From a virus (Duplodnaviria > Caudoviricetes), in IMG/VR virus record IMGVR_UViG_3300046820_000327, positions 1 through 60,395 of that record: a DNA stretch of 60,395 nucleotides. One strand, given 5' to 3'. The position numbers and the translations under genes were made by a program. Numbering within the stretch: the stretch's first letter is position 1; every line of letters begins with the position of its first letter. The notes below the pieces were generated by a model. It was not told the origin of the DNA and searched no databases. It saw only the letters and a list, made by a program, of their open reading frames with translations. Shown piece after piece: positions 20,045-29,473 of the stretch.

Positions 20045-20325
20045 TTTAAAATTAAGTGAGTAATTAGACCAATAACTGCTGTAAGTAATACGCCAATGAC
20101 TGTAGTACCAACGGTGATTAATTGTTTGCTTTGGCCATGCGATGATTCGGAAATTGTTTCCTTAATCTCCATAACCAGCTCTTCAATTTTGGCAGTTCTT
20201 TCTTCTAATTGCCCCAATCGTTTATCCAACTGTCCATACCTTTCCGCACATAATTCTACGTGGGCATCAAGACTAGTCTTTTCAAATTCTTTAGTGGACA
20301 TGATATTGTCTCCGCTTTCTCTCAT
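20041..20325 (-). CDS. Coiled-coil protein with a C-terminal TM helix
   Basis: Heptad region followed by LITVGTTVIGVLLTAVIGLITHLILK. Confidence 0.75.
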   Translation of the reverse strand: MRESGDNIMSTKEFEKTSLDAHVELCAERYGQLDKRLGQLEERTAKIEELVMEIKETISESSHGQSKQLITVGTTVIGVLLTAVIGLITHLILK

Positions 20326-20349
20326 TAATAAGCGATGCGTTGATACTGT

Positions 20350-20386
20350 TGCCTATGGGTGCCTGTGTTATGCCTATGTGTGCCTG
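20350..20386. repeat. Four helically phased TGCCT boxes (2 x 16-nt direct repeat)
   Basis: TGCCT at 20350, 20360, 20371 and 20381. Confidence 0.75.
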
Positions 20387-20392
20387 ATAGCA

Positions 20393-20830
20393 TCATATAC
20401 TATTTACATCAATTTGCCCCGGTTTAAAGTATATGTTTTTTATACTACCGTGGGTGTAAAAGATTGGCAACATAAAACGTGCAGTCTCAGATAATCCTGT
20501 AACTACTGGCACCTGAGCAAAATCTGTTTTTAACTTTGCAACAGGATCGTCATCTTCTAAATATACATCAGCATGTTCAACACCTATACAAGCTACCCAT
20601 ACTTTATGATGACCTTCAAACATGTCACCAAAGTTTAAATACCCTACATCTAGTTCTGTACAAACAGGGCCTTCTATGTGTACAGGTTGTGCTTTCATAC
20701 TGAATACTTGCAACACAGTTTCCCAATTACGCTGTTGATTTCTAACATGTTCGTTGTCCACTGTGAGTCTAGTAACCCCAGTGGCAGTAATATCAACTAA
20801 ACTATATACGGTAAAAAACTCTGTTGCCAT
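20393..20830 (-). CDS. Hypothetical protein
   Basis: ORF track; MATEFF start preferred because the ATG at 20848 abuts the terminator. Confidence 0.7.
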   Translation of the reverse strand: MATEFFTVYSLVDITATGVTRLTVDNEHVRNQQRNWETVLQVFSMKAQPVHIEGPVCTELDVGYLNFGDMFEGHHKVWVACIGVEHADVYLEDDDPVAKLKTDFAQVPVVTGLSETARFMLPIFYTHGSIKNIYFKPGQIDVNSI

Positions 20831-20848
20831 ACTATTACTTATGGCCAT

Positions 20849-20874
20849 AAAAAAAGCCCTAGATAAACTAGGGC
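20849..20874 (-). terminator. Intrinsic terminator
   Basis: The minus strand reads GCCCTAG-TTTAT-CTAGGGC-TTTTTTT. Confidence 0.85.
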
Positions 20875-20897
20875 CTTTTGTGCATCTAAATAACTAA

Positions 20898-21173
20898 TTA
20901 CTTAGTTACAAATGTCATTGCTGTTGTAACTGTGAATGCACCAATTGTAGCGTCAGCTACTGTTGGGCCTTCAACTGCAACGTACAAAGTGTCTGTTGTG
21001 CCAGCTGTGAATTCGCTGATACCAGATACTGAGTTAGTTACTTGTAATGCCTGGATCAATGTGTCGATCTGAGCTTGTGTCATGTTTGTTGCGGCACAAG
21101 ATAAAACTTGTACTGTGCGACCAAATGCACCAAAATTTTCTGATGCGCCGTTTGTGCGTACTACTGTTGCCAT
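20898..21173 (-). CDS. Small, probably abundant structural protein
   Basis: Own TAAATA box, strong AAGGAG RBS and own terminator; Thr/Ala/Val-rich. Confidence 0.7.
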   Translation of the reverse strand: MATVVRTNGASENFGAFGRTVQVLSCAATNMTQAQIDTLIQALQVTNSVSGISEFTAGTTDTLYVAVEGPTVADATIGAFTVTTAMTFVTK

Positions 21174-21237
21174 TTTAAATCTCCTTAATTTAATGAGCTA
21201 TATAAGCTTCATGTAAATATTTATCTTTTTCTAAAAA

Positions 21238-22350
21238 TTACGGGTTTTTTGCGAAGTTTGCGGCGCTAAATTCTGCACGGTCAACTAGCTTGATAAGTCC
21301 TTGGCTAGTTGGGAAAACATAACCCTCACCGCCCTGTTTGCCGTTGATACTGCTTTGTACTGCACCCTGTTGATTATCCAGCTGTTCAATTAAACTACGC
21401 TTGATAGCAGTAATATCATCAAACAACTGAAAGGCACCGTTTAACCCGCCGGCATATTGATACAAGTAGCCGTCTTGGTTATCACCTAGCAAGTTTTTAG
21501 CTTTGGCGCTAGTAACTACTGTGGGTACCCATTCTGCAAATGTGCGTGATTCGCCACGTACTCTTGCATTGACAAATTTCTGCATCAGTGCCGGCAAATC
21601 TTTACATTTAATTTCTGCAAGACTTACTGGATCTAACAACTTATCAATGGCCACACTATACTTTTTAAGATTGCTTTGTGCTTGTTTAATTAATCGCACT
21701 GGCTGGCCAATTTTAGGAGTAACATCCATGCGTGGTGTAAAAATGCACACAGGACTATTTAAGTTTAAATTGCCTGTACCATTTAGTACTACCGGTTCTT
21801 GATCAAAGTCTGGAAAGAATTGATGAATTACAATGCCGCCCACGCTGTTAGCAATACGCTGACCTAAACTGCTCTTGGCATCGACACTATATGTAACTGT
21901 GTTTGGCTTAAACACAAAACGATTATTTTGTACAGGAGGAACGCCTACCCACAACAAGTCGCCCCAATAATAGCCACGATCGTTTGCAGGCACTGCTTGC
22001 TCTAACGCTGGCCATAGAACACGCATCTTTTCGTATAGATCGCCACGGTTAGCACCACGGTTAGCATCGTACTGTATAAACTGTTCTAAACTGGTAACAC
22101 GACCTGTGCCGTCTTTCTTGGTAAACATGTGCTTGTCTGCAACAACTAGTACACCGTCCACGTTACGACCAAACACTACGGCAGGAAACCCGTCCCATTT
22201 AACTGTTACAGTTTCTGGGTTATTGGCAATATCTGTTAGGGCTTGTATAGCACGGGCCGCACCTGTACTGCCCTCGCCGAAGATTAAATCCTCGGGATGG
22301 TCGATGCGGGTACCTTCCGTTAAGGTGCGTATGAATTCTAAAAGTATCAT
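21238..22350 (-). CDS. Conserved phage protein (HPED...TVKWDGFPA...GGEGYV...IKLVDR), ATP-dependent ligase-like motif pattern
   Basis: KWDG, EGYV and KLV resemble ligase-superfamily motifs I, IV and V. Confidence 0.6.
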   Translation of the reverse strand: MILLEFIRTLTEGTRIDHPEDLIFGEGSTGAARAIQALTDIANNPETVTVKWDGFPAVVFGRNVDGVLVVADKHMFTKKDGTGRVTSLEQFIQYDANRGANRGDLYEKMRVLWPALEQAVPANDRGYYWGDLLWVGVPPVQNNRFVFKPNTVTYSVDAKSSLGQRIANSVGGIVIHQFFPDFDQEPVVLNGTGNLNLNSPVCIFTPRMDVTPKIGQPVRLIKQAQSNLKKYSVAIDKLLDPVSLAEIKCKDLPALMQKFVNARVRGESRTFAEWVPTVVTSAKAKNLLGDNQDGYLYQYAGGLNGAFQLFDDITAIKRSLIEQLDNQQGAVQSSINGKQGGEGYVFPTSQGLIKLVDRAEFSAANFAKNP

Positions 22351-22788
22351 TTACCACTTACGGCAAGACCAATATCTTGCTTTTGTTCTTGGACCAGGGT
22401 TAGCACAATTGTGACGAGCACGGAAGCTCTTACGACGTGCTGGATTTGATTTCTTGATCTTCATGTTAGGATCACCAAAGTTAACTTTTTTAACGTTACC
22501 TGTTGATGGATCTTTTACATAAACTTTAAACTTTTTAACATCGCCACGCATGGGTTTGCCTAGCGGAACTTTGCGACCACGGTATTCTGCTTCTTCTAGT
22601 GTTTCTTCAATTTCGCCGTAGGCTTCATAAAAAGCATCGCCGTCGTAGGTTTCTTCTAACTGTTCTTTAACACAGTTATTGACTCTAACGCCACCTTTGA
22701 TCTTAGTACCTTGTTTCTTGTAGCCAGTCCAGCACTTAGGATCTAAGCGTTGCTTGACTGCTTCTGTGATAATTTCTGTAATTTTCAT
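22351..22788 (-). CDS. Basic phage protein (RRKSFRARHNC...KARYWSCRKW) with an MKITEIITE leader
   Basis: Also carries a CWTGY...NNCVKE module typical of T4-like head-region proteins. Confidence 0.75.
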   Translation of the reverse strand: MKITEIITEAVKQRLDPKCWTGYKKQGTKIKGGVRVNNCVKEQLEETYDGDAFYEAYGEIEETLEEAEYRGRKVPLGKPMRGDVKKFKVYVKDPSTGNVKKVNFGDPNMKIKKSNPARRKSFRARHNCANPGPRTKARYWSCRKW

Positions 22789-23543
22789 TATAGTTGTCCT
22801 GTAATGTTTCTAAACCAAGCGGCTGTGCCCGGTTGTACATCTTCTGGTAAACTGATAACGCCTTTAGCGGCATCCTGTCTAGCTTGTGCTAGTTTACCAT
22901 CCCTGTCGGGGTCGTTCTTCAATGCGGCCATTACTGTAGCTACACTATTTAAATCATCCGGTTTTGCTTTAGGATTCAATAAAATCTTTGCGGCGTCTTT
23001 GCGATTGTTGGCAACAACTTCATTGTTGTCACGACGCATAACTGTACCACCAAATGCATCTACTTTTAGTCCAAGGTGTTTGGCGATGCTGTTTAAGAGT
23101 ATATATAGGTGTGCGGCCTTAAAGTTAGGATCATCATACATACCACGTGGGCCGTGTTGATGCCAGTCTGCTACACGCTCTGCATCTTTGATAACCATTA
23201 GGTCAACTTGTGCAGTACGTGGACCTTTTTCTGTTTTGTATGCTACTTCAATGTGTACATTACGACCACTGATCTTTGTAGGATAGCCTTTAGCATTAAA
23301 GAATTCTGCTAATGCTACTTTGGCGGCTTTTTCATCTTCGGCTTGAAACTTTTGCATTACTGCATCAGCATCAACAAACAAATCCATGTCGCCAGACTCT
23401 ACTTTAAATCCAGCTGACCCAATGTTGGGTATAGCTTTGATACCACTGGGCATATCTAATTGAACGTGATTTACAATACCCTGTACATACTGCTTGGGTA
23501 TTGCTCCGTCTCCAAATATGTTTCCGCCTTCGTATAAAAACAT
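22788..23543 (-). CDS. Pol-beta superfamily nucleotidyltransferase-like protein
   Basis: IGSAGFKVESGDMDLFVD (GS...DxD) plus a later QVDLM. Start moved to MFLYEGG (TAATG coupling). Confidence 0.7.
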   Translation of the reverse strand: MFLYEGGNIFGDGAIPKQYVQGIVNHVQLDMPSGIKAIPNIGSAGFKVESGDMDLFVDADAVMQKFQAEDEKAAKVALAEFFNAKGYPTKISGRNVHIEVAYKTEKGPRTAQVDLMVIKDAERVADWHQHGPRGMYDDPNFKAAHLYILLNSIAKHLGLKVDAFGGTVMRRDNNEVVANNRKDAAKILLNPKAKPDDLNSVATVMAALKNDPDRDGKLAQARQDAAKGVISLPEDVQPGTAAWFRNITGQL

Positions 23544-24184
23544 TATGCTGCCTTTGCGGTTAGTGCTTGTAATAAATTTTTGTCTTGTACTATTGCACCA
23601 GTATTGTCGTACCAATCTTTACCCTTGCGATTATAAGTCGTTGCAGGTGCATCAGCATATGATGGCAAACTAATTTGATCTTTGTTGGCGCTAACTTTAG
23701 CGTTTTTCCAAATCTGCTGATTAAGTTCATATCCAGTGCTATGATCTTTCTTGTCAAGACTGTACTGGCCAACTGCATAGTTGCTCTTTAATCCAGCATG
23801 ATTAACAATGTTTGTTAATTTTTGTATGTAGCTATCGGTGTCTTGTTGTTTAACTTTTGGAGTAGCAACACTATCCGGGGCATCAAGTAAATCGTCAATT
23901 GGCGAACGAGTTGGCTTAGACGCTTTTGCAGGCTTGCTTGCCGTTTGATCGCCTTGTGTGTCAGCCGCTGGTACAGCATCAATTGATGCAGGTTGTGCTT
24001 GTACCGGTTCTGCGGCAGGTGTGGTCGCTGGTTGTTGAGTTTTTTGTGCTCGTGCTAGGCGTCGTGACTTTAGGTTGCCAACTGCTTGTGGTACACCGCC
24101 AGCAATCTTTGGATCGCTAGAGTCGTTGGGATTATTACCGTACTCGTCTAGCCGACTCTCAACAATAATTTCTGTTATTTTCAT
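23543..24184 (-). CDS. Hypothetical protein with an MKITEIIVE leader
   Basis: Pro/Ala-rich linker; ATGA coupling. Confidence 0.7.
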   Translation of the reverse strand: MKITEIIVESRLDEYGNNPNDSSDPKIAGGVPQAVGNLKSRRLARAQKTQQPATTPAAEPVQAQPASIDAVPAADTQGDQTASKPAKASKPTRSPIDDLLDAPDSVATPKVKQQDTDSYIQKLTNIVNHAGLKSNYAVGQYSLDKKDHSTGYELNQQIWKNAKVSANKDQISLPSYADAPATTYNRKGKDWYDNTGAIVQDKNLLQALTAKAA

Positions 24185-24876
24185 ACAGGCTTTTTAGTAT
24201 TCTTTTTGCTTTCAGCTTTAGTACCGCCGGTCTGCATCCACATACTCTTAATTGCTTGTCTAACAGCCGGAGCACCTGTGCTACCACCTGCATTAACAAA
24301 CGCTTCAAAGTCTGCTTGTAACTTTTGAGCAAATTCATTTGCACCAGGCTTAGCAGGTGCCGCAGGAGCAGCCGGCTCGACAGCGGCAGGCTCTTGTGCT
24401 GTTGCTTGTGCAGGTTCTGCGGCAGGTGCTGTCTGTGCTTGTGCAGGTTCTGCGGCAGCTTGTGCTGGTGCTGGTTCAGCGGCAGGAGCGGCTGTTTGAC
24501 CTAGACCTTGTGCGGCACGGTCTGCAACATACTTTTGAATTTCTTGTGTAATGAACTGACTGATCTGAGCAGGGTTGGCACCAGCTGGTTTACCTGCAGG
24601 AGCTTTACCTAAGAATTTTGTTAACCAAGCGGTTGCTTGTTCTGGAGTAGCTTGTTGGCCACCTTGTGCCATTTGTGCGGCAGTTGCATTCCACTGATCA
24701 ATTGCTTTTTTAACAATTGTACCAGTTTTATCTGCTTGCTTGTTTGCGGCGTCTTGTGCACCGTAAGCGGCTTTAGCACCTGCTAAACCACCTTGTCCTA
24801 AACCTTTAAAGCCTGCGGCTACATTTTTAGCAAAATCTAGTGGGCCTTCATTGATGATAATTTCGTTAGTTTTCAT
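24181..24876 (-). CDS. Ala/Gln/Pro-rich protein with an MKTNEIIINE leader
   Basis: AAEPAQA repeats. Confidence 0.75.
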   Translation of the reverse strand: MKTNEIIINEGPLDFAKNVAAGFKGLGQGGLAGAKAAYGAQDAANKQADKTGTIVKKAIDQWNATAAQMAQGGQQATPEQATAWLTKFLGKAPAGKPAGANPAQISQFITQEIQKYVADRAAQGLGQTAAPAAEPAPAQAAAEPAQAQTAPAAEPAQATAQEPAAVEPAAPAAPAKPGANEFAQKLQADFEAFVNAGGSTGAPAVRQAIKSMWMQTGGTKAESKKNTKKPV

Positions 24877-25117
24877 TGCTTCGCATTCTCCTAATTCCGC
24901 GTGTGAACTTGGTAGGATCTTGCGAACGAATACTGTTGAGTAAACGGCGTTCTAACTCATCGGCTTGTTCAGCGTCAAAGTTCTCTTTAATGTAGTTTAT
25001 TAGATTTATAGCACCGGCGATAACATTACTGGCACGTGATTCCACAAGATTTCCCTTGTCTTTGTGCTGTAATAACCCGTCTAGCTCGTCTAAAATACTG
25101 CGAGTACGCTTTTGCAA
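24866..25117 (-). CDS. Small phage protein
   Basis: TTG start with GGAG RBS; TAAATA box upstream. Confidence 0.7.
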   Translation of the reverse strand: MQKRTRSILDELDGLLQHKDKGNLVESRASNVIAGAINLINYIKENFDAEQADELERRLLNSIRSQDPTKFTRGIRRMRSNEN

Positions 25118-25153
25118 GATTCTACTCCAATTTAGTTATATTTAGTTGAAATA

Positions 25154-26572
25154 TTATTCTTTGGCTTTCAAACCTGCAAGCATCTGTTTGAGCTTGTTGC
25201 TTTGTGCTTCGCCCGTAACTTTGGGCATGATTTCGCCTGTGTCTTGATCTACTGAATTTGTAGACGCAGATACTGTAGTGCTGGTTTTAATTTTACTTAA
25301 AATACTGCTGGCTTGTACGGGACCACCTGAATGTTCTTGTGCATCTGGGCCCGGATCTGTAATACGCATGGTTTCAATGTTGTATTCTAAGTCAACTTTC
25401 ATGCCCACGCCATTACTACTACGAGTTTTCATTAACTGAATTTGATAACGTCCACGCTCTTTCATAGCACGACTTGTAAAAATACCAAACACGTTATCAG
25501 CTGTGTTGATCTTACTAATACCACCGGAAATATGACTATGGTCAAATTCGATTTCTTCCACGGCACTACGATTTAACTGCGATGCTGTTACTAGTAGCAC
25601 ACCTAATTCTTTAGATAAGTTACGCAATTCTTCTGACACATACTTGTCCTTAACAAACAAGTCGTTGGGACTAACTTTTGCACTTACTGGCATCAGCAAG
25701 TCCAAATAGTCAACCATCATAAAGTCAACTTTGTTGCCTGTTTGAATTTGATATTCTTTAACAAAACTGCGAATGTCGTTGATGTTACTTTGTGCTGGTA
25801 AGGACTTGATACGATATGTACCGGACTTTTTACCCACCATTCTAATTTTTAGTTCTGTGCTGTCAATGTCCTTGCGAATATCTTTTGTGCTGGTATTGGC
25901 CAACATAGCGGCTGTACGCAATGCACACAATTCTTCACTAAGTTCTAGGGAAATATAAACACCGCTAAGTCCTTGTTGTAACCAGCTGAGTGCAATATTC
26001 ATCATAACCAAGGATTTACCTGATCCAGATCCACCTGCAAAAATGTTTAGTTCGCCACGGCTAAATCCACCGTATAAAATCTTGTCCAAAGTAGGCCAAC
26101 CTGTGCTAACCTGTCCACCTTGATTAAAGTATCTGTTAAGAGCATCACCGGCTGTGTTAAAGAAGTCTGTGCCAAGATCTTTGGTTAAACTAATCTGTAC
26201 TGCGTCTTTGATTAGTTTTTCCACAGGATCATACTCGCCCTTTTCCAACAAGTCTGCGGATTTAAGAATAGCACGTTCTAGTTCTTGTCTGCGAGTAAAC
26301 TGTTCGAACTCGCTCATGAACCATTCGTTATGCTCAGACATTTCGCCAGCAGGTTTTAGTTCAACACCTGTGGTTGCACGAATTTGTTCTATAGTGGGAA
26401 GAGTGCTGTATTGAGCACTATAGTCTGTGATAAATTTTGCAGTTTCACGCAAACTGCGATCAAAGTTTTCAGCATTGTAGATGTTCTGCACACGCACAAA
26501 GTTCTGTGCGTCATTCAACATCATTTCTAAAAATAGTTTTTGTAATTCTGGACTGTATTCTTTAGTTGACAT
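25154..26572 (-). CDS. Replicative DnaB-family helicase (T4 gp41-like)
   Basis: Walker A GGSGSGKS, SLELSE, MVDYLDL and TASQLNR motifs. Confidence 0.92.
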   Translation of the reverse strand: MSTKEYSPELQKLFLEMMLNDAQNFVRVQNIYNAENFDRSLRETAKFITDYSAQYSTLPTIEQIRATTGVELKPAGEMSEHNEWFMSEFEQFTRRQELERAILKSADLLEKGEYDPVEKLIKDAVQISLTKDLGTDFFNTAGDALNRYFNQGGQVSTGWPTLDKILYGGFSRGELNIFAGGSGSGKSLVMMNIALSWLQQGLSGVYISLELSEELCALRTAAMLANTSTKDIRKDIDSTELKIRMVGKKSGTYRIKSLPAQSNINDIRSFVKEYQIQTGNKVDFMMVDYLDLLMPVSAKVSPNDLFVKDKYVSEELRNLSKELGVLLVTASQLNRSAVEEIEFDHSHISGGISKINTADNVFGIFTSRAMKERGRYQIQLMKTRSSNGVGMKVDLEYNIETMRITDPGPDAQEHSGGPVQASSILSKIKTSTTVSASTNSVDQDTGEIMPKVTGEAQSNKLKQMLAGLKAKE

Positions 26573-26578
26573 ATATTA

Positions 26579-27610
26579 TTAATTATACAATTTTTTCTTG
26601 AGTAACTCAATTTTAAGTTTGCCAGTTTCTTTTGCGGCTAGTATGCTTTTCAAAACAAACAATTTACCCAGTGCCTCTACTGCACTACCAACGTCTTTGT
26701 AATCTTTTTGCCAAACGGGATAGCTGACATGCCAACCATATTCTATAGCCGCATCAACTAACTTAGTGCCTGCACGATCAGCATCGGGTACAACAATAAC
26801 TTCCTTGCCTAAACTATCAATGATGTCTGCTTGTACTTCACTACATTCGTTGCTTAGTACTGCAATACCATCAATGGCCATAGCATCAAACGGGCCTTCT
26901 ACTACAATAACAAACTTTGAATCTTTCGATTGTTTGTCAATGTTGAATACATAGTTGGGTTCGTAGTTGGAATGATACTTAGGTTTTACGCCTTCGTCAA
27001 ATGTTCTGGCTGTGTATCCAATAATTTGATTCTTCCAAGTAAACGGAATAATTACACGCTTGTGCAAATTATACTGTGCTTCTGGTGTCCAGTAAAAGTC
27101 GTACTTGGTTAAGTCTACGCATCTATCTGCTAGATAGCACACACTCTTATGAAATCCTTCTGGTACATCTTGATCTCCGTTAAGAGTATAGAATGTGTTC
27201 AACGCTAGTAGTGTTTGTGCCTGATCGGGCAAGGTTCTTACTTTAAATGTAACCTCTTCCCGTTCAACTTTTTCTAATTGTTCAGGGGCAACTAATTCCT
27301 TAACACGAATAGCATCAATGACTAGACGTTTAACTTCATTTTCACTGGCACCAAGCCAGCTTAATAGTTTACGGAACTTGTAGGTTAAGTGACGACCAGG
27401 AACATAGCTAGCCTTGAAGTTACAATTAAAACAATGATAACTGATACCGCCGTCTGGGTTAGCAACCAGTCCGCCACGCCCACGTGTGTCTGCTGACTCA
27501 CCATTGTGATGACAACAAGGCGCATTGAAACTAATCCAACCTGAAGTTGCATTAGTTTTCTTTTTAGAAGGAAGTAGTAGCTTTACGGCGTCTTGAATAG
27601 AGTTCAACAT
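26579..27610 (-). CDS. DNA primase (T4 gp61-like)
   Basis: N-terminal Zn finger (PCC...HCFNC) and TOPRIM VEGPFDA...PDADRAG...KD. Confidence 0.88.
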   Translation of the reverse strand: MLNSIQDAVKLLLPSKKKTNATSGWISFNAPCCHHNGESADTRGRGGLVANPDGGISYHCFNCNFKASYVPGRHLTYKFRKLLSWLGASENEVKRLVIDAIRVKELVAPEQLEKVEREEVTFKVRTLPDQAQTLLALNTFYTLNGDQDVPEGFHKSVCYLADRCVDLTKYDFYWTPEAQYNLHKRVIIPFTWKNQIIGYTARTFDEGVKPKYHSNYEPNYVFNIDKQSKDSKFVIVVEGPFDAMAIDGIAVLSNECSEVQADIIDSLGKEVIVVPDADRAGTKLVDAAIEYGWHVSYPVWQKDYKDVGSAVEALGKLFVLKSILAAKETGKLKIELLKKKLYN

Positions 27611-27617
27611 TCCAGTT

Positions 27618-27646
27618 AGTATACACTAAAATAATACTAATTGCAA
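27618..27646 (-). promoter_or_regulatory. Sigma70-type promoter of the primase-helicase operon
   Basis: TTGCAA-N17-TATACT, 8 nt before the ATG. Confidence 0.6.
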
Positions 27647-27648
27647 GA

Positions 27649-28353
27649 TTAAACTGTTCGAATTTTAGCCAGTTTTAAAAATTCAAATAATTTGATATAC
27701 ATCCAGCCAATATCAAATTCCCAAGATCGACGACTGAATTTTGGATTTGCAGGATCTAGATGATGATTGTTATGCAGTTCTTCGCCGCCGATCAGAACGC
27801 CCACCGGCATTATATTTCGACTGTGATCATCAGTTTTACCATTACGGTAACCCCACCAATGTCCTATACCGTTGATGAACCCTGCGGCCCAGAATGGAAT
27901 CCAAATCATCTGTATGCCCCAAACCAATAATCCCCAGGCGCCAAACAAGGCCAAATCTATCAATAACATCAGTATAAATCCATGGCGGTGATATCTAGTA
28001 TAGAAACGTTCCGCACGATCTTTGGGTGTGCCCATGCCGTACTTGATTACCATTTGCGGATCTTTAGTGGATTCATGATATAAACTCCAACCGCCCAACA
28101 ACAATCGTTTGATACCAAAGATATGCGGGCTGTGTGGATCTCCTGCCACGTCTGTGTTTTGATGATGTTTGCGATGTACTGCTACCCAGGCCTTTGTGGT
28201 CATTCCAGTGGTAAGCCACAACCAAAAACGAAAGAAATGTGCCAGAGCAGGATGAAATTCAACCCCACGATGTGCTTGGCAGCGATGCAAGTATAGTGTG
28301 ACCGACACAATGGTAATGTGCGTCATTATTAAAGTTGCTAGAATTAGTTCCAT
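27649..28353 (-). CDS. desA: Delta-9-type membrane fatty acid desaturase
   Basis: His boxes HRCQAH, HRKHH and HNNHH; EFDIGW motif. Confidence 0.9.
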   Translation of the reverse strand: MELILATLIMTHITIVSVTLYLHRCQAHRGVEFHPALAHFFRFWLWLTTGMTTKAWVAVHRKHHQNTDVAGDPHSPHIFGIKRLLLGGWSLYHESTKDPQMVIKYGMGTPKDRAERFYTRYHRHGFILMLLIDLALFGAWGLLVWGIQMIWIPFWAAGFINGIGHWWGYRNGKTDDHSRNIMPVGVLIGGEELHNNHHLDPANPKFSRRSWEFDIGWMYIKLFEFLKLAKIRTV

Positions 28354-28380
28354 TTGATTTCCTAGTAAGTTGTATATTTA

Positions 28381-28791
28381 CTATTTAAAGTTGAATGCTA
28401 TGCTTATTCTCACCTGCTCACTGGTATTAGGCAATACTCTATGCTCCAATGTTCCGGCGAATACTAACAAATCTCCCGACTTAGGACTCTCTGTCCAATA
28501 TGCTCCACCCTGCCTAAACTCTATATCGCCCCCGGGTACCTGTACATACAGCACACCAACTTTTGGCCAACGATTGTGAGCATGCCAGTTAGTGTATTCG
28601 CCCTGTGTGTTCGCATTCATCCACCACGAATCTATTGGACCTTCTTGTGCTTCTACAACCTTATATACATCGTCAAACCATGGAAAAGGCTGGTCAGTAT
28701 ATGTTCTACTCTGCCAGCCTCTGCCCGCACGATCTTGAGGATTTAACTCACGCTGTAGTAAAATCTGCTCCGCGAGTAGATCAATATCCAT
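28381..28791 (-). CDS. 2OG-Fe(II) oxygenase-like protein
   Basis: W.N...HAH...GVLYVQVP...GDLLVF...L.HRV.PN...RISIAFN. Start moved to MDIDLL. Confidence 0.8.
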   Translation of the reverse strand: MDIDLLAEQILLQRELNPQDRAGRGWQSRTYTDQPFPWFDDVYKVVEAQEGPIDSWWMNANTQGEYTNWHAHNRWPKVGVLYVQVPGGDIEFRQGGAYWTESPKSGDLLVFAGTLEHRVLPNTSEQVRISIAFNFK

Positions 28792-29464
28792 TGGTGCCGG
28801 TGTTCCAACCCAGTGCGTCATAGTTGTTATGCCAGTAGTATACAGAAAACAACGGATTAGATGTGCCTGCGGGTCCAAAAAATACCTGACAGCGTTCAGC
28901 ACCTGACCATTCTTGGAAACGCATTCTAATAGGATACCAAGTATCTGCTGTCAACAACACGCTGTTGCTGTTGAGTTGATTGCTGTTGTTACTGGTAATT
29001 AATGGAAAGTTTGAATCAGGATCCAGTGCCGCAGATCCGATCCAGAACATGGCCACATCGTCACTGTCTATTAAAAAGTTATATGCTGATGTAGTAGTTG
29101 CTTTGATGTAGCCTTTCCATTCCATGGCATAGTTGTCGCTTTGACCAGTGGTACCAAAACTGCCATAGGCATCATAGGTGGCATCTGTTTCACTGCCGCT
29201 GAACAGGCTGGGGTTGTCGTTACCTTGACTAAAAGTATTAGACCATATGCCTGGATAGGTTACGCGACGCCATCCCCAAGTACGGTTAGGTATACTGGAT
29301 ATGCCGCCACCTGGATCAGATGGACTACCTTGAACACTCCAACCTTCTGAACCGGGCCACGAATTTAGATAAGATCCTGTGCCAGGGCCTGGAGAGCCAT
29401 TAAAGCCACCGCTACCGCCGCCGCCAGCGGATCCTCTTGCCATTATGATTTGTGATATAGGCAT
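28781..29464 (-). CDS. PA14/GLEYA carbohydrate-binding domain protein
   Basis: NYAMEWKGYI...YNFLIDSDD.A.FWIG...L.ADTWYPIRMRFQEWSG. Confidence 0.85.
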   Translation of the reverse strand: MPISQIIMARGSAGGGGSGGFNGSPGPGTGSYLNSWPGSEGWSVQGSPSDPGGGISSIPNRTWGWRRVTYPGIWSNTFSQGNDNPSLFSGSETDATYDAYGSFGTTGQSDNYAMEWKGYIKATTTSAYNFLIDSDDVAMFWIGSAALDPDSNFPLITSNNSNQLNSNSVLLTADTWYPIRMRFQEWSGAERCQVFFGPAGTSNPLFSVYYWHNNYDALGWNTGTNGY

Positions 29465-29473
29465 ACTAGTTCC

